This document shows, in pieces, positions 20,213-30,169 of a stretch of DNA of 64,000 nucleotides. Position 1 is the stretch's first letter; each line of letters starts with the position of its first letter. The notes under the pieces are model-generated. The model was given only the letters and a program-made list of their open reading frames with translations. It had not been told where the DNA came from and did no database searches. This DNA comes from an uncultured Acidobacteriota bacterium (GTDB taxonomy: Bacteria > Acidobacteriota > Vicinamibacteria > Fen-336), in the NCBI GenBank assembly GCA_963724555.1, contig CAVRVE010000006.1, forward strand, positions 110,517 through 174,516. Direction: 5' to 3'. The translations under genes and the position numbers were made by a program.

Positions 20213-21496
20213 ATGCCGCCAGTTCCGGCGTCGAGAGGCGGCGCCGCTGCGCTCGGCCGGCCGCTCGTCGGGGCGCTCTTCGTGTCGAGCGCGCTCCTGT
20301 CGCTCGTCTCCTGGTACACGACGCAGCAGGGCATGGCGCTCTACCTCGCGCCCTGGTTCGCCTTCCTCGCCTCGCTGGGGGTCCAGTCGGCGCTCGTGCT
20401 GGTGGCCTGGCTCGTGGGAGTGAGCGAGGGGCGCCGCGGTCTGCTGATCGCCGTCTACGTCGTGACCGCCCTGGTGTCGATCGCCTTCTCCTACGTGAGC
20501 CTCCACACCTGGTTCGCGAGCCGCGAGCGGCCGGCGGAGGTCGAGCGGCGGCTGTTCGACGCGCTGCAGGCCGTGGCGAGCCGCGGCGAGGCGCAGCTCA
20601 CCGCGGCGATCGCCGAGGGCGAGAAGCACGCGCTCGCGCTCGAGGAGATGACGGCGGCCGAGAAGCAGCACGGCTTCATCTCGCGCGCGCAGGACGCCGA
20701 CCCCTGGCTGTCGCGCGTGCGCGAGGCCGTGGCGCACGAGGCCGCGAGCTACGGCGCCGCGTATCCCGAGGGCCAGGGCGCCGGCCTGCGCTACACCGCG
20801 TTCGATCGCCACGCCGCGCTCGCGCGCCAGACGCTCGCCCGGCTGCGGGAGTCCCAGGCGGCGCTCGCGAGGGTGCGGACGAGCCTCAAGCCGCTCGAGT
20901 CCAGCGAGGAGCAGCTGCGCGCGTTCCGCGCCGCGTGGGATGGCGTCCCCTGGGGCGAGCTGAAGGACACGCTGCACGCCGAGGTCGAGGTGCCGGCGCT
21001 TCCGGCCTACTCCGACTACGTGGACCGCGCGGCCTCGGGCCAGGAGGACCTGCTGCTGGCCTTCAGCGAGCTCTTCACGGCTCCGTCCAGCCGGCACGTG
21101 CTCGCGTTGACGCTCGCCACCTTCATCGACGTGATCGTCTTCCTGCTGGCGTACGCGTCCGGCCCGTTCTTCTTCGGCGCGCCGGAGCTGCGCTGGATCT
21201 CCGCCGCGGCCGCGCTCGACGCGGTCGACGAGCAGGTGTTCGTGCGCGGCCTCTTGCGCAAGGCCGCGCCGGGGCCGCAGGGCGCCGCGTGCGTGGAGGA
21301 GGCTTCGCTCCGCCCGGGCGAGCGGCAGCTCTGCCTGGTGCTCACGGCACGGGGCCTGGCCGCGCCGACCGTCGAGGACGGCCGGCGCGCCTACCTGCTC
21401 GACGCCGGCTTCCACCAGCGGCTCGTGGAGTCGCTCGCGGCACGGGGCGTCGCGCTGCAGGCGGCGAGCAGCGAGGCGACGAACGCCGTCGGATAG
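20213..21496 (+). CDS. polytopic membrane protein of unknown function (4 N-terminal TM, long Ala/Glu-rich helical region, C-terminal TM pair)
   Basis: 427 aa with a CAGGAGG RBS 6 nt upstream. It is co-oriented with and 56 nt downstream of the zinc-ribbon protein. Confidence 0.55.
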   Translation: MPPVPASRGGAAALGRPLVGALFVSSALLSLVSWYTTQQGMALYLAPWFAFLASLGVQSALVLVAWLVGVSEGRRGLLIAVYVVTALVSIAFSYVSLHTWFASRERPAEVERRLFDALQAVASRGEAQLTAAIAEGEKHALALEEMTAAEKQHGFISRAQDADPWLSRVREAVAHEAASYGAAYPEGQGAGLRYTAFDRHAALARQTLARLRESQAALARVRTSLKPLESSEEQLRAFRAAWDGVPWGELKDTLHAEVEVPALPAYSDYVDRAASGQEDLLLAFSELFTAPSSRHVLALTLATFIDVIVFLLAYASGPFFFGAPELRWISAAAALDAVDEQVFVRGLLRKAAPGPQGAACVEEASLRPGERQLCLVLTARGLAAPTVEDGRRAYLLDAGFHQRLVESLAARGVALQAASSEATNAVG

Positions 21497-21554
21497 TCAA
21501 CGGACCGGCTGGAGGACGACAGGAAACGGGGCCAGAACTTCCTGGACTGGCGCT

Positions 21555-21573
21555 CGGGGGCTGAGCGCCCCCG
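21555..21573 (+). terminator. GC hairpin CGGGGGC-TGAGC-GCCCCCG between convergent genes
   Basis: Same 7 bp stem / 5 nt loop architecture as the 9714 and 17722 hairpins. It lies between the ends of the 20213..21496 (+) and 21587..24875 (-) genes. Confidence 0.35.
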
Positions 21574-21586
21574 CACCCCCCTGGCG

Positions 21587-24500
21587 TCAGTGCTCGCAGC
21601 CCCCGCGGGCGGACGCCTCGGTGCCGGTCGCGATCGGGACGTAGCCCGACGCGGCGCGCTCGAAGAAGAAGGGCTTGCGCGGGCGCGGCGTCGCTCCGAG
21701 CTCGTTCATGGTCGCGGTGTCGTACAGCCGCCCGTTCAGCACCACGTGCGTCACGCGGTCGGAGACGCGGATGTCCTGGAGCACGTCGCCGTCGACCACC
21801 ACGAGGTCGGCGAGCTTGCCGGGCTCGAGCGAGCCGATGTCGCCGTCGAGACCGAGGTAGCGCGCGCCGTTCAGGGTCGCCGCGCGCAGCGCCTGGTGCG
21901 GCGTCATGCCGCCCTTCACCATCATCCACATCTCCCAGTGCGCCGCGAGCCCCTCGCGCTGGCCGTGCGCGCCGATGTTCACCTTCACGCCGGCCTGCTG
22001 CAGCTCGTTCACGGCGCGCGCCACGCTCACGACGTTCCAGTCCTCGTCGGGCGCCGTCTCGCGGCGCACCGTGCGCGCCTCGAGCAGCGGCCGCGGGACG
22101 TAGCGCGACAGGATCGGGTGCTTCCAGACGTCGGTCGTCGCCGTGAAGTAGTGGTCGCCGTCGAGGCCGCCGTAGGCGACCCCGAGCGTCGGCGTGTAGC
22201 CGACGTCGGTCTGCGACCAGAGCTGCTTCACGTCGTCGTAGACGTTCGGCACTGGCAGCGAGTGCTCGATGCCCGTGTGCCCGTCCACCACCATGTTCAT
22301 GTTGAGCTGGAACAGCGAGCCGCCCTCGGGCACCACCAGCATGTGCGTCTGCCGCGCGGCTTCCAGGATCTGCTGCCGCTGCTCGCGACGGGGCTGGTTG
22401 TAGCTCTTCACCGAGATCGCTCCCTCCGCCTTCAAGCGCGTCAGGTGCGAGATCGCGTCGTCGAGGGTGTCGATCCTCGCGGTGGTGGAGCCCTTGGCGC
22501 CGTAGAGGATCGTCCCGGTCGAGTAGATGCGCGGGAGCCACGACGAGGCCGGCTCGTTGCAGCTCGGAGTGGGTGAAGATCTCGCTGGTGTCGTTCGACG
22601 GGTCGTGCAGCGTCGTGACGCCGAAGGCGAGCGACGCGTAGTCGATCCAGCTCTGCTGCGGGATCAGCTCCTCCTCGCCCATCGAGCCGTGCCAGTGCGC
22701 GTCGACCAGCCCCGGCACGATCGTCTTGCCGGACACGTCGACCGTCGCGGCTCCGGCGGGGACCTCGACGCTGCCGCGCCGGCCGACGGCCACGATGCGG
22801 TTGTCGCGCACGACGAGGACGCCGTCGTCGATCACCTCGTCGCCGCGCATCGTGACGATGCGCGCGCCCGTGAGCGCCCAGCTCGCGCGCGGCCTGTCCG
22901 CTTCGGCGCTGAAGCCGATCTTCTGCCCGTGCTCGGGCGGCTTCGGCAGCTCGGCGGGCGCGCCCGCGACGAAGGCGAAGCTGTCCTCGAGCCTGGCGGT
23001 GAACAGCTCGTCGCCGAGCGCGTAGTGGATCCTGCGGCTGTCGCCGGACCAGTGGAGGTACTCGCCGGCGTGCGCCGTCAGCCGCCGGAGCGGCAGGGAG
23101 TCCGCCTTCGGCCCGAGGTCGATGCGCTTGCCGGTCCGCGGCAGCGCCGCGACGAACGCCTGGTAGCCTTCGACGAAAGCGATCCAGCCGCCGTCGGGCG
23201 AGACCGCGAACTCGGTGGCGACGTCGGTCTTCACCACCTCGCGCGCCTCGCTGCCGTCGAGGTTCATGCTGACGAGCGTGGCGCTCAGGTCCACCTCGTT
23301 GTTGACCGCCTGGCGCGTCACGTAGACGCGGTCGCTCGCCGCGCCGAACTGCGGAGCGCCGCCGTCGCGCGTGACGAGCGCGGCCTCGCCGCTGCCGTCG
23401 GCGGGCACGCGGTAGACCCCCTTCTCGCCGGCCGGCCACGGCGAGAGCAGGTACGACCCGCGCGAGCGCGTGTAGACGACGGTGCGGCCGTCGGGTGAGA
23501 AGCGCGGCTCGAGGTACATGCCGCCCGTCTTCGTCAGCACCGTCTCCCTGCCGGTGCGCAGCTCCAGCGTGCGCACGCTGCCCGCGCTGTCGTCGTTCCA
23601 GGTGACGAAGGCAACGCGCGCGCCGTCGCGCGACAGGCTCGGGTAGAGCTCGAAGCGGTCGTCCGCCTTCGTCAGCCGTCGCGGCGTTCCCGCGGGCAGG
23701 TCCTTCACGTACAGGTGGCCGAGCGCCGAGTAGACGACGCGGCTTGCGTCGGGCGCGACCGTGACCCAGCGCAGCTGCTTGACGTCGAAGCGGTCCGGTG
23801 CCACCGCCGTCTGGAAGCGCACCGCCTTGCGCACCTCGCGCGTGTCCTTTACGTGGAACGGGATCTCCTGGGCCTTGCCGCTGGCGACGGTCACGCGCCA
23901 CAGCTTGCCCTGCGCCCAGACCACGACCTCGCGGCTGTCGGGCGTCCAGGCGAAGCCGGGATAGACGCCCTGGATCGCCCACGCCTCCTGCAGGTCGCGC
24001 TCGAGCCCCTCCCAGGCGGGCCGCTCCTCGCCGCTTCCGAGGTCCTTCACGAAGAGCGCGCTCTTGCCGTGCAGCCGCCGCACGAACGCGAGCTGCTTGC
24101 CGTCCGGCGACGGCACCGGGCGCACCGCGCCGCCGGGGCCGGTGACGAACGGCTCGATGCGGCCGTCCTCGAGATCGAGCCTTTCGATCGAGTAGATCTC
24201 GCCGCGCGCGTTCCTGTTGTACTGGAAGACGCGGCCCGGGGAGGTGTCCTGCGAGAAGTAGACGTAGCGACCGTCGGGCGAGAAGGCCGGCTCGCCGAGG
24301 TCCTTCTGCCAGTTCGGCTTCTCGTTGAGCGCCACACCCTTGCCGCCGCTCCTGTGGTAGAGCCAGATCTCGCCGGATCCCAGGCTGCGGGTGCCGGTGA
24401 AGTGCTTGCGCGCGGCGATGTACTCGCCGCCGGGCTGCCAGACCGGGTTGTTGACGAGGCGGAAGTCCTCCTTCGTCACCTGCTGCGCGTTCTTGCCGTC

Positions 24501-24875
24501 CTTGTCCATCACCCAGACGTTGTCGCCGCCGGCCGCGTCGCTCAGGTAGGCGATCCGCTTGCCGTCGGGAGAGAAGCGCGCCTGCATCTCCCAGGCGATC
24601 GAATGCGTCAGGGCGCTCGCTTCGCCGCCCTCGATCGGCAGCGTGTAGAGGTCGCCGAGCAGGTCGAAGACGAGCGTGCGGCCGTCGGGGCTCACGTCGA
24701 CGCTCATCCACGTGCCGGTGCGCGTGTCGATCGAGACCGTCGCCGCCTCGCCGGGAGGCGCGTTGACGCTCCACTTTTTCTCTTCCGTCTTCGCCGCCTG
24801 TTGGGCAGCGAGCGATGCCGTGAGCGTGACGGCTCCAAGCAAGGTTGCGGCGAAAACGGAAGCTCTGGTTCGCAT
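21587..24875 (-). CDS. periplasmic TolB-like beta-propeller + amidohydrolase-family protein (~1095 aa), apparent frameshift near 22530
   Basis: Signal peptide MRTRASVFAATLLGAVTLTASLAA. Repeated SPDG/PDGK WD40/TolB-like blades. The C-terminal metal-dependent amidohydrolase fold (VDAHWHGSMG…) continues in the frame of track ORF 21587..22435 (…PRIYSTGTILYGAKG…). The shift is an extra C in gctcccgcgcatc. Confidence 0.75.
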
Positions 24876-25058
24876 ATCTCCTCTGGTCCTCTTCGTGCTC
24901 GTCCGAGTCTGTCCGAGCGGCCCCGCATCATCTTTTCCCGTCCATTGGCCGTCAAGGCTTCCATCCAACTCGTTGAAACCCGCGCGCTCCCGCTGCGTCG
25001 GTCGTACAATCGCGCCCCGTTGCGGCTCTCGAACCTTCCCCTCGAACGAGGTCCTTTC

Positions 25059-26909
25059 ATGAAGCCCTGGTCCCGATTCGCCGTCTCGACGCTGGCGTTG
25101 GTCGCCGCCGGCTTCACCCCACCCTCCGCCCGCGCCCAGACGTCCGCGCGGCCCGCCTGGGTCGCGAAGAGCGACGCCCACGCGAAGGTTCTCGTCGACG
25201 TGCTCGCCCGCTTCGGCCCGGAGGGCGCGAGCCAGTTCGGAGTCGAGGGCCTCGACAAGGAGATCCTCGACCTCAAGCCGCGCCGCCAGGAGCGCGTCCA
25301 GCAGGAGCTCAGGGCCGCGCTCGCGGACCTCGAGAAGCGGCTCGCGGCCGAGAGCGATCCCACGGTGCGCCAGGACCTCGAGATCCTCGTCGACTCCGCG
25401 CGCGACAACATCACCGGCAACGACCTCACCTACAAGCTGCAGGTCCCCTACTTCGACGCGGTGCAGGTGATCTTCTTCGGGATCCGCGGGCTGCTCGACG
25501 AGCAGGTGGCCGCGGAGCGGCGCCCGGCCGCGCTCGCGCGCCTCAAGCGCTACACCGGGCTCGAGCCGGGCTACGTGCCGGTGCTCGAGCTCGCGCGCGA
25601 CCGCATCCGCGAGCGGCTCGGCGTCGCCGGGCTGCAGGGCCCGGTGAAGGCCGCCGTCGAGAAGAACATCGGCAACAGCGCCTTCTACGTCGACGGCATC
25701 GCGCAGCTTTTCCAGAAGTTCCCGGTCGCGGGCTGGGAGGAGGCGCACGCACGGCTCAAGGCGCAGGTGGCGGCCTACAACGAGTTCCTGAAGGCCGAGG
25801 TGCTGCCGCGCAGCCGCGACGACTTCCGGCTGCCCGAGGAGATCTACGCGTACCGGCTGAAGCAGGTGGGCGTCGACATCCCCGCGGCGCAGCTCGTCGA
25901 GCGCGCGCGCATCGCCTTCATGGAGATCCGCAACGAGATGAAGACGCTCGCGCCGCTCGTCGCGCGCGAGAAGGGCCTCGCGGTCACCGACTACCGCGAC
26001 GTGATCCGCGAGCTCAAGAAGCAGCAGATCGTGGGCGACGCGATCCTGCCCCATTACCAGGCGCGCCTCAAGCAGATGGAGGAGATCATCCGTCGCGAAG
26101 GGATCATCAGCCTGCCGGAGCGCGCGGCGCGCATCCGCGTCGCGAGCGAGGCCGAGAGCGCGCAGACGCCCGCCCCCAACATGCGGCCGCCGCGCCTGAT
26201 CGGGAACAAGGGCGAGATGGGCGAGTTCGTGCTGCCGCTGCGCGTGCCGACCGCCGGCGCCGCCTCCGGCGCGATGCAGGGCTTCGACGACTTCACGTTC
26301 GACGCCGCGTCCTGGACGCTCACCGCGCACGAGGTGCGGCCCGGCCACGAGCTGCAGTTCGCCGCGCTCGTCGAGAAGGGCGTGTCGCTCGCGCGCGCCG
26401 TGTTCGCCTTCAACAGCGTCAACGTCGAGGGCTGGGCGCTCTACGCCGAGGCCGAGATGAAGCCCTACATGCCGCTCGACGGCCAGCTGATCGGCCTGCA
26501 GCACCGGATGATGCGGGCGGCGCGCGCCTTCCTGGATCCCGAGCTGCAGCTGGGCCTCGTCAAGCCCGATGAGGCCGTGCGCTTCCTGATGGACGAGGTG
26601 GTGCTGTCGGAGCCGATGGCGCGCCAGGAGGTGGAGCGCTACACGTTCCGCTCGCCGGGCCAGGCGACGTCCTACTTCTACGGCTACCTGCGCTGGATGG
26701 AGCTCAAGTCGCGCGTGGAGCTGGCGCTCGGCAAGAGCTTCGACCGCAAGCGCTACCACGACTTCCTGCTGGCGCAGGGCCTGCTGCCGCCGGCAATGCT
26801 GACGAAGACCGTGCTCGCGGAGTTCGTGCCGCGCGAGCCGCGCCAAAGGCGACCGCTGACGCAGCGCGCGACGGCCGCGGGCCTTGTGCCCGCCCCGCCG
26901 AAAGAGTAG
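25059..26909 (+). CDS. DUF885 family protein (HExxPGH-motif putative metallopeptidase-like)
   Basis: Signal peptide MKPWSRFAVSTLALVAAGF. The LTAHEVRPGHELQF motif is characteristic of DUF885. 616 aa in frame with track ORF 23715..26909. Confidence 0.75.
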   Translation: MKPWSRFAVSTLALVAAGFTPPSARAQTSARPAWVAKSDAHAKVLVDVLARFGPEGASQFGVEGLDKEILDLKPRRQERVQQELRAALADLEKRLAAESDPTVRQDLEILVDSARDNITGNDLTYKLQVPYFDAVQVIFFGIRGLLDEQVAAERRPAALARLKRYTGLEPGYVPVLELARDRIRERLGVAGLQGPVKAAVEKNIGNSAFYVDGIAQLFQKFPVAGWEEAHARLKAQVAAYNEFLKAEVLPRSRDDFRLPEEIYAYRLKQVGVDIPAAQLVERARIAFMEIRNEMKTLAPLVAREKGLAVTDYRDVIRELKKQQIVGDAILPHYQARLKQMEEIIRREGIISLPERAARIRVASEAESAQTPAPNMRPPRLIGNKGEMGEFVLPLRVPTAGAASGAMQGFDDFTFDAASWTLTAHEVRPGHELQFAALVEKGVSLARAVFAFNSVNVEGWALYAEAEMKPYMPLDGQLIGLQHRMMRAARAFLDPELQLGLVKPDEAVRFLMDEVVLSEPMARQEVERYTFRSPGQATSYFYGYLRWMELKSRVELALGKSFDRKRYHDFLLAQGLLPPAMLTKTVLAEFVPREPRQRRPLTQRATAAGLVPAPPKE

Positions 26910-26920
26910 ACATTCGGTCC

Positions 26921-28732
26921 ATGCAGCTCCAACCCCTGGACTGGGTGATCGCCCTCGCGTCGGTCGCCATCTGCTTCGCGCCCGCGCTCTTCTTCGGAAA
27001 GCGGTCCGGCAAGAGCACGGCGGAGTTCTTCGCCTCGGGCCGCTCGGTGCCGTGGTGGCTCGCGGGCCTCTCGATGGTCGCCACCACCTTCTCGAGCGAC
27101 ACGCCCAACCTGGTGACCGACATCGTGCGGCGCCAGGGCGTCGCCGGGAACTGGGTGTGGTGGGCGTTCGTGCTCACCGGAGTCGCGACGGTCTTCTTCT
27201 ACGCGCGCCTCTGGCGGCGCTCCGGCGTCATGACCGACCTCGAGTTCTACGAGATCCGCTACTCGGGCAAGGCGGCGAGCGTCGTGCGCGGGTTCCGCGC
27301 GGTGTACCTGGGCCTGCTCTTCAACTGCATGATCATGGCCACCGTCAACCTGGCGGCCTGCAAGATCGCGGGCATCCTGTTCGGCCTCGAGCGCTGGCAG
27401 ACGCTCCTGTTCGTCGGACTGCTGAACGTCGCCTTCGCCGCGCACTCCGGACTCTGGGGCGTGCTGGTGATCGACATGATCCAGTTCTTCATCAAGATGA
27501 CCGCGGTGATCGCGGCCGCCTACTTCGCGCTCCAGGCGCCGCAGGTGGGCGGCTTGTCCGCGCTCGTCAGCAAGCTCTCCGCCATGAAGGGGCCGGGCGG
27601 GATCAACTACCTGAACGTGCTGCCGGACTTCTCGAGCAACTGGGACCTGGCGGTGGCGATCTTCATCATGCCGGTCGCGGTCCAGTGGTGGGCGGTGTGG
27701 TACCCCGGCGCCGAGCCGGGCGGCGGCAGCTACATCGCCCAGCGCATGCTCGCGTCCAAGTCCGAGAAGGACGCGCTCGGCGCCGTGCTGTTCTTCAACG
27801 TCGCCCACTACGTGCTGCGGCCCTGGCCGTGGATCCTGACGGCACTCTGCTCGATCCTGGTCTACCCGCAGCTGTCGGACATCCAGACCGCCTTCCCCAA
27901 GCTCGACCCGAGCCTGCTCGGCCACGACATCGCGTTCCCGGCGATGCTCAAGTTCCTGCCGGTCGGCTTCGTGGGCCTGATGGTGGGCGGGCTCGTCGCC
28001 GCGAACTCCTCGACGATCCTCACCCACCTCAACTGGGGCGCGTCCTACCTGGTCCACGACTTCTACCAGCGCTTCATCAAGAAGAACGCCACCGAGAAGC
28101 ACTACGTGATGGTGGGCCGGCTCGCCACGGTTCTCCTGTTCGTGCTCTCGTCGGCCACGGTCTACCTGCTCGACACGGCCAAGGACGCCTTCGACGTGAT
28201 CCTGCAGATCGGCGCGGGCACGGGGCTGCTCTACCTGGTGCGCTGGTTCTGGTGGCGGGTGAACGCCTGGTGCGAGGTGGTGGCGATGGCGAGCTCGTTC
28301 CTCGTCTCGCTGGCGCTTTTGGTGCTGGCGAAGAACGGCGTGCACTTCAGCACCCACGTCGCGCTCCTCGTCACGATCGCGGTCACGACGCTCAGCTGGG
28401 TCACGACGGCGTACCTCGGGCCCGAGACGGACCGCAAGGTGCTCGTCGAGTTCTACAAGAAGGTCCGGCCGTTCGGCCCGGGCTGGACGGCCGTCCGCGA
28501 GCAGGCGGGGCTCGGCGAGGACCCGGCGCGCACGGCCGGCGACAACATCCCGCTCGCGCTGCTCGGCTGGGTGGCGGGATGCGCCACCATCTGGTCGGCG
28601 CTCTTCACGGTCGGCAACGTCCTCTACGGCCGCGGCGGGGCGGCACTCGCGTGCCTCGCCGTGTTCGTGGTCGCGGGAGGAGCGCTCGTGCGCGTGGTCG
28701 GCCGGCTGTGGCTGGCGCCGGCGAGCAGCTAG
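26921..28732 (+). CDS. sodium:solute symporter family (SSF) transporter
   Basis: 603 aa with ~13-14 TM helices. Typical SSS motifs (FFASGRSVPWWLAGLSMVATTFSSDT). Confidence 0.85.
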   Translation: MQLQPLDWVIALASVAICFAPALFFGKRSGKSTAEFFASGRSVPWWLAGLSMVATTFSSDTPNLVTDIVRRQGVAGNWVWWAFVLTGVATVFFYARLWRRSGVMTDLEFYEIRYSGKAASVVRGFRAVYLGLLFNCMIMATVNLAACKIAGILFGLERWQTLLFVGLLNVAFAAHSGLWGVLVIDMIQFFIKMTAVIAAAYFALQAPQVGGLSALVSKLSAMKGPGGINYLNVLPDFSSNWDLAVAIFIMPVAVQWWAVWYPGAEPGGGSYIAQRMLASKSEKDALGAVLFFNVAHYVLRPWPWILTALCSILVYPQLSDIQTAFPKLDPSLLGHDIAFPAMLKFLPVGFVGLMVGGLVAANSSTILTHLNWGASYLVHDFYQRFIKKNATEKHYVMVGRLATVLLFVLSSATVYLLDTAKDAFDVILQIGAGTGLLYLVRWFWWRVNAWCEVVAMASSFLVSLALLVLAKNGVHFSTHVALLVTIAVTTLSWVTTAYLGPETDRKVLVEFYKKVRPFGPGWTAVREQAGLGEDPARTAGDNIPLALLGWVAGCATIWSALFTVGNVLYGRGGAALACLAVFVVAGGALVRVVGRLWLAPASS

Positions 28733-28810
28733 GGCTTGCGCGCTCGGGCGGCCGCCCGGGGCCGGCCCTCTAGGCTAGAATCGGCGGAAGCGGTTTCCCA
28801 GGAGGAGCAT

Positions 28811-29263
28811 GTGAGTCTCTCGAAGCGTACGCTGGCGTTCTCCGCCGGCTTCTCGATTGTTCTGGCCGGGGCGTGGGGCGCGGGCCTGGCGGCTGAAAAC
28901 CCGGCACACCAGCGCCACGAAGCGATGGAGACGGTCCAGGAGTCCTTCAAGCCGCTGCGCGCGATCGCGGTGAAGGAAGCCCCGTTCGACGCGGCCGTGG
29001 TCAAGAAGAACGCCACCACCATCCTGGAGAAGCTGAAGGAGGCCCACGGGCTCTTCCCCGAGGGCAGCGGCGGCGGCGACTCGCGCGCCAAGGCCGAGAT
29101 CTGGAGCGACCGCGCGGGCTTCGACCAGGCGATGAAGGACGCCCAGGCCGCGGCCACGGCGATGGCGGCCGTGACCGAGGAAGCGGCCTTCGTGCCCGCG
29201 ATGAAGACGCTCGGCGGAAGCTGCAAGGGCTGCCACGACAAGTACCGCCTGCCCAAGCAGTGA
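28811..29263 (+). CDS. cytochrome c' (class II cytochrome c, four-helix bundle)
   Basis: GTG start with a GGAGGAG RBS. Signal peptide. Single C-terminal heme motif CKGCHDKYR, typical of cytochrome c'. Overlaps the next gene (GTGA). Confidence 0.7.
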   Translation: MSLSKRTLAFSAGFSIVLAGAWGAGLAAENPAHQRHEAMETVQESFKPLRAIAVKEAPFDAAVVKKNATTILEKLKEAHGLFPEGSGGGDSRAKAEIWSDRAGFDQAMKDAQAAATAMAAVTEEAAFVPAMKTLGGSCKGCHDKYRLPKQ

Positions 29264-30165
29264 AGCTGCCGTCGCGCAGAGCCCAAGCGGCGATCGCCTT
29301 CGTCCTGGCGGTCGCCGCTTTCGTCTTCTGGTGGCTCTCGCGTCCCGATCCGCTTCCGGCGTCGGCGATCCCCGCGCACACGCCGGACCTCGCCAACGGC
29401 GAGGTCGTGTTCCACGCGGGCAGCTGCTTCGCCTGCCACAAGCCAAAGGAGGGTGCGGCCCAGGCCTCGCTGCCGTCCGGCGGCTCGCCCTTCAAGACGC
29501 CGATCGGCGTCTTCTACCCGCAGAACCTGACGCCCGACGCGGAGACCGGCCTCGGCCGCTGGAGCGAGGCCGACTTCGTGAACGCGATGACGCGCGGGCT
29601 CTCGCCCGAGGGGCGCCACTACTTCCCCGCCTTCCCCTACATGGCCTACCGGGCGATGCGGACGAGCGACCTGCTCGACCTGCGCGCGTACCTGATGAGC
29701 CTGCCGGCGGTGAAGTCCGTCGCTCCCCGCCACACGCTGCCGCTCTTGCCCGTCGCGCGCCGCGGCGTGGGGCTCTGGAAGCGGCTCGCGTTCGCGCGGG
29801 CGCCCTATGCTCCCGCGGCCGAAGGCAGCGACTCCTGGAAGCGCGGCGCCTACCTGGTGAACGCCCCGGGGCACTGCGGCGAGTGCCACACGCCCAAGAG
29901 CCTGCTGATGGTCGAGGACCTCGGCCGCTACATGGCCGGCGGACCGCACCCGGGGGGCGAAGGGAAGGTGCCGAGCCTGCGCGGGCTCGTCGAGCGCAAG
30001 AAGTACAAGGACGCGGCCGACCTCGTGCTCGCGCTGCAGAACGGCGAAGAGCTCGGCTACGAGGACCTCTCGAGCGGCGGCATGGGCCAGATCCAGTCGA
30101 ACCTCGCGCAGCTGCCCGAGCCCGACGTGCGCGCGATCGCCGACTACCTGGTGAGCCTGAAGTAG
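29260..30165 (+). CDS. membrane-anchored diheme cytochrome c
   Basis: N-terminal TM helix. Two CxxCH motifs (CFACH, CGECH). The GTG start overlaps the cytochrome c' stop. Confidence 0.7.
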   Translation: MKLPSRRAQAAIAFVLAVAAFVFWWLSRPDPLPASAIPAHTPDLANGEVVFHAGSCFACHKPKEGAAQASLPSGGSPFKTPIGVFYPQNLTPDAETGLGRWSEADFVNAMTRGLSPEGRHYFPAFPYMAYRAMRTSDLLDLRAYLMSLPAVKSVAPRHTLPLLPVARRGVGLWKRLAFARAPYAPAAEGSDSWKRGAYLVNAPGHCGECHTPKSLLMVEDLGRYMAGGPHPGGEGKVPSLRGLVERKKYKDAADLVLALQNGEELGYEDLSSGGMGQIQSNLAQLPEPDVRAIADYLVSLK

Positions 30166-30169
30166 ACGC

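Noticed and set aside
21342-26846. An 1834 aa minus-strand ORF suggesting a single giant gene.
   Set aside because: Only the distal part (21587-24875) is the real TolB/amidohydrolase gene. The proximal 2 kb is antisense to the DUF885 gene and translates to low-complexity sequence.
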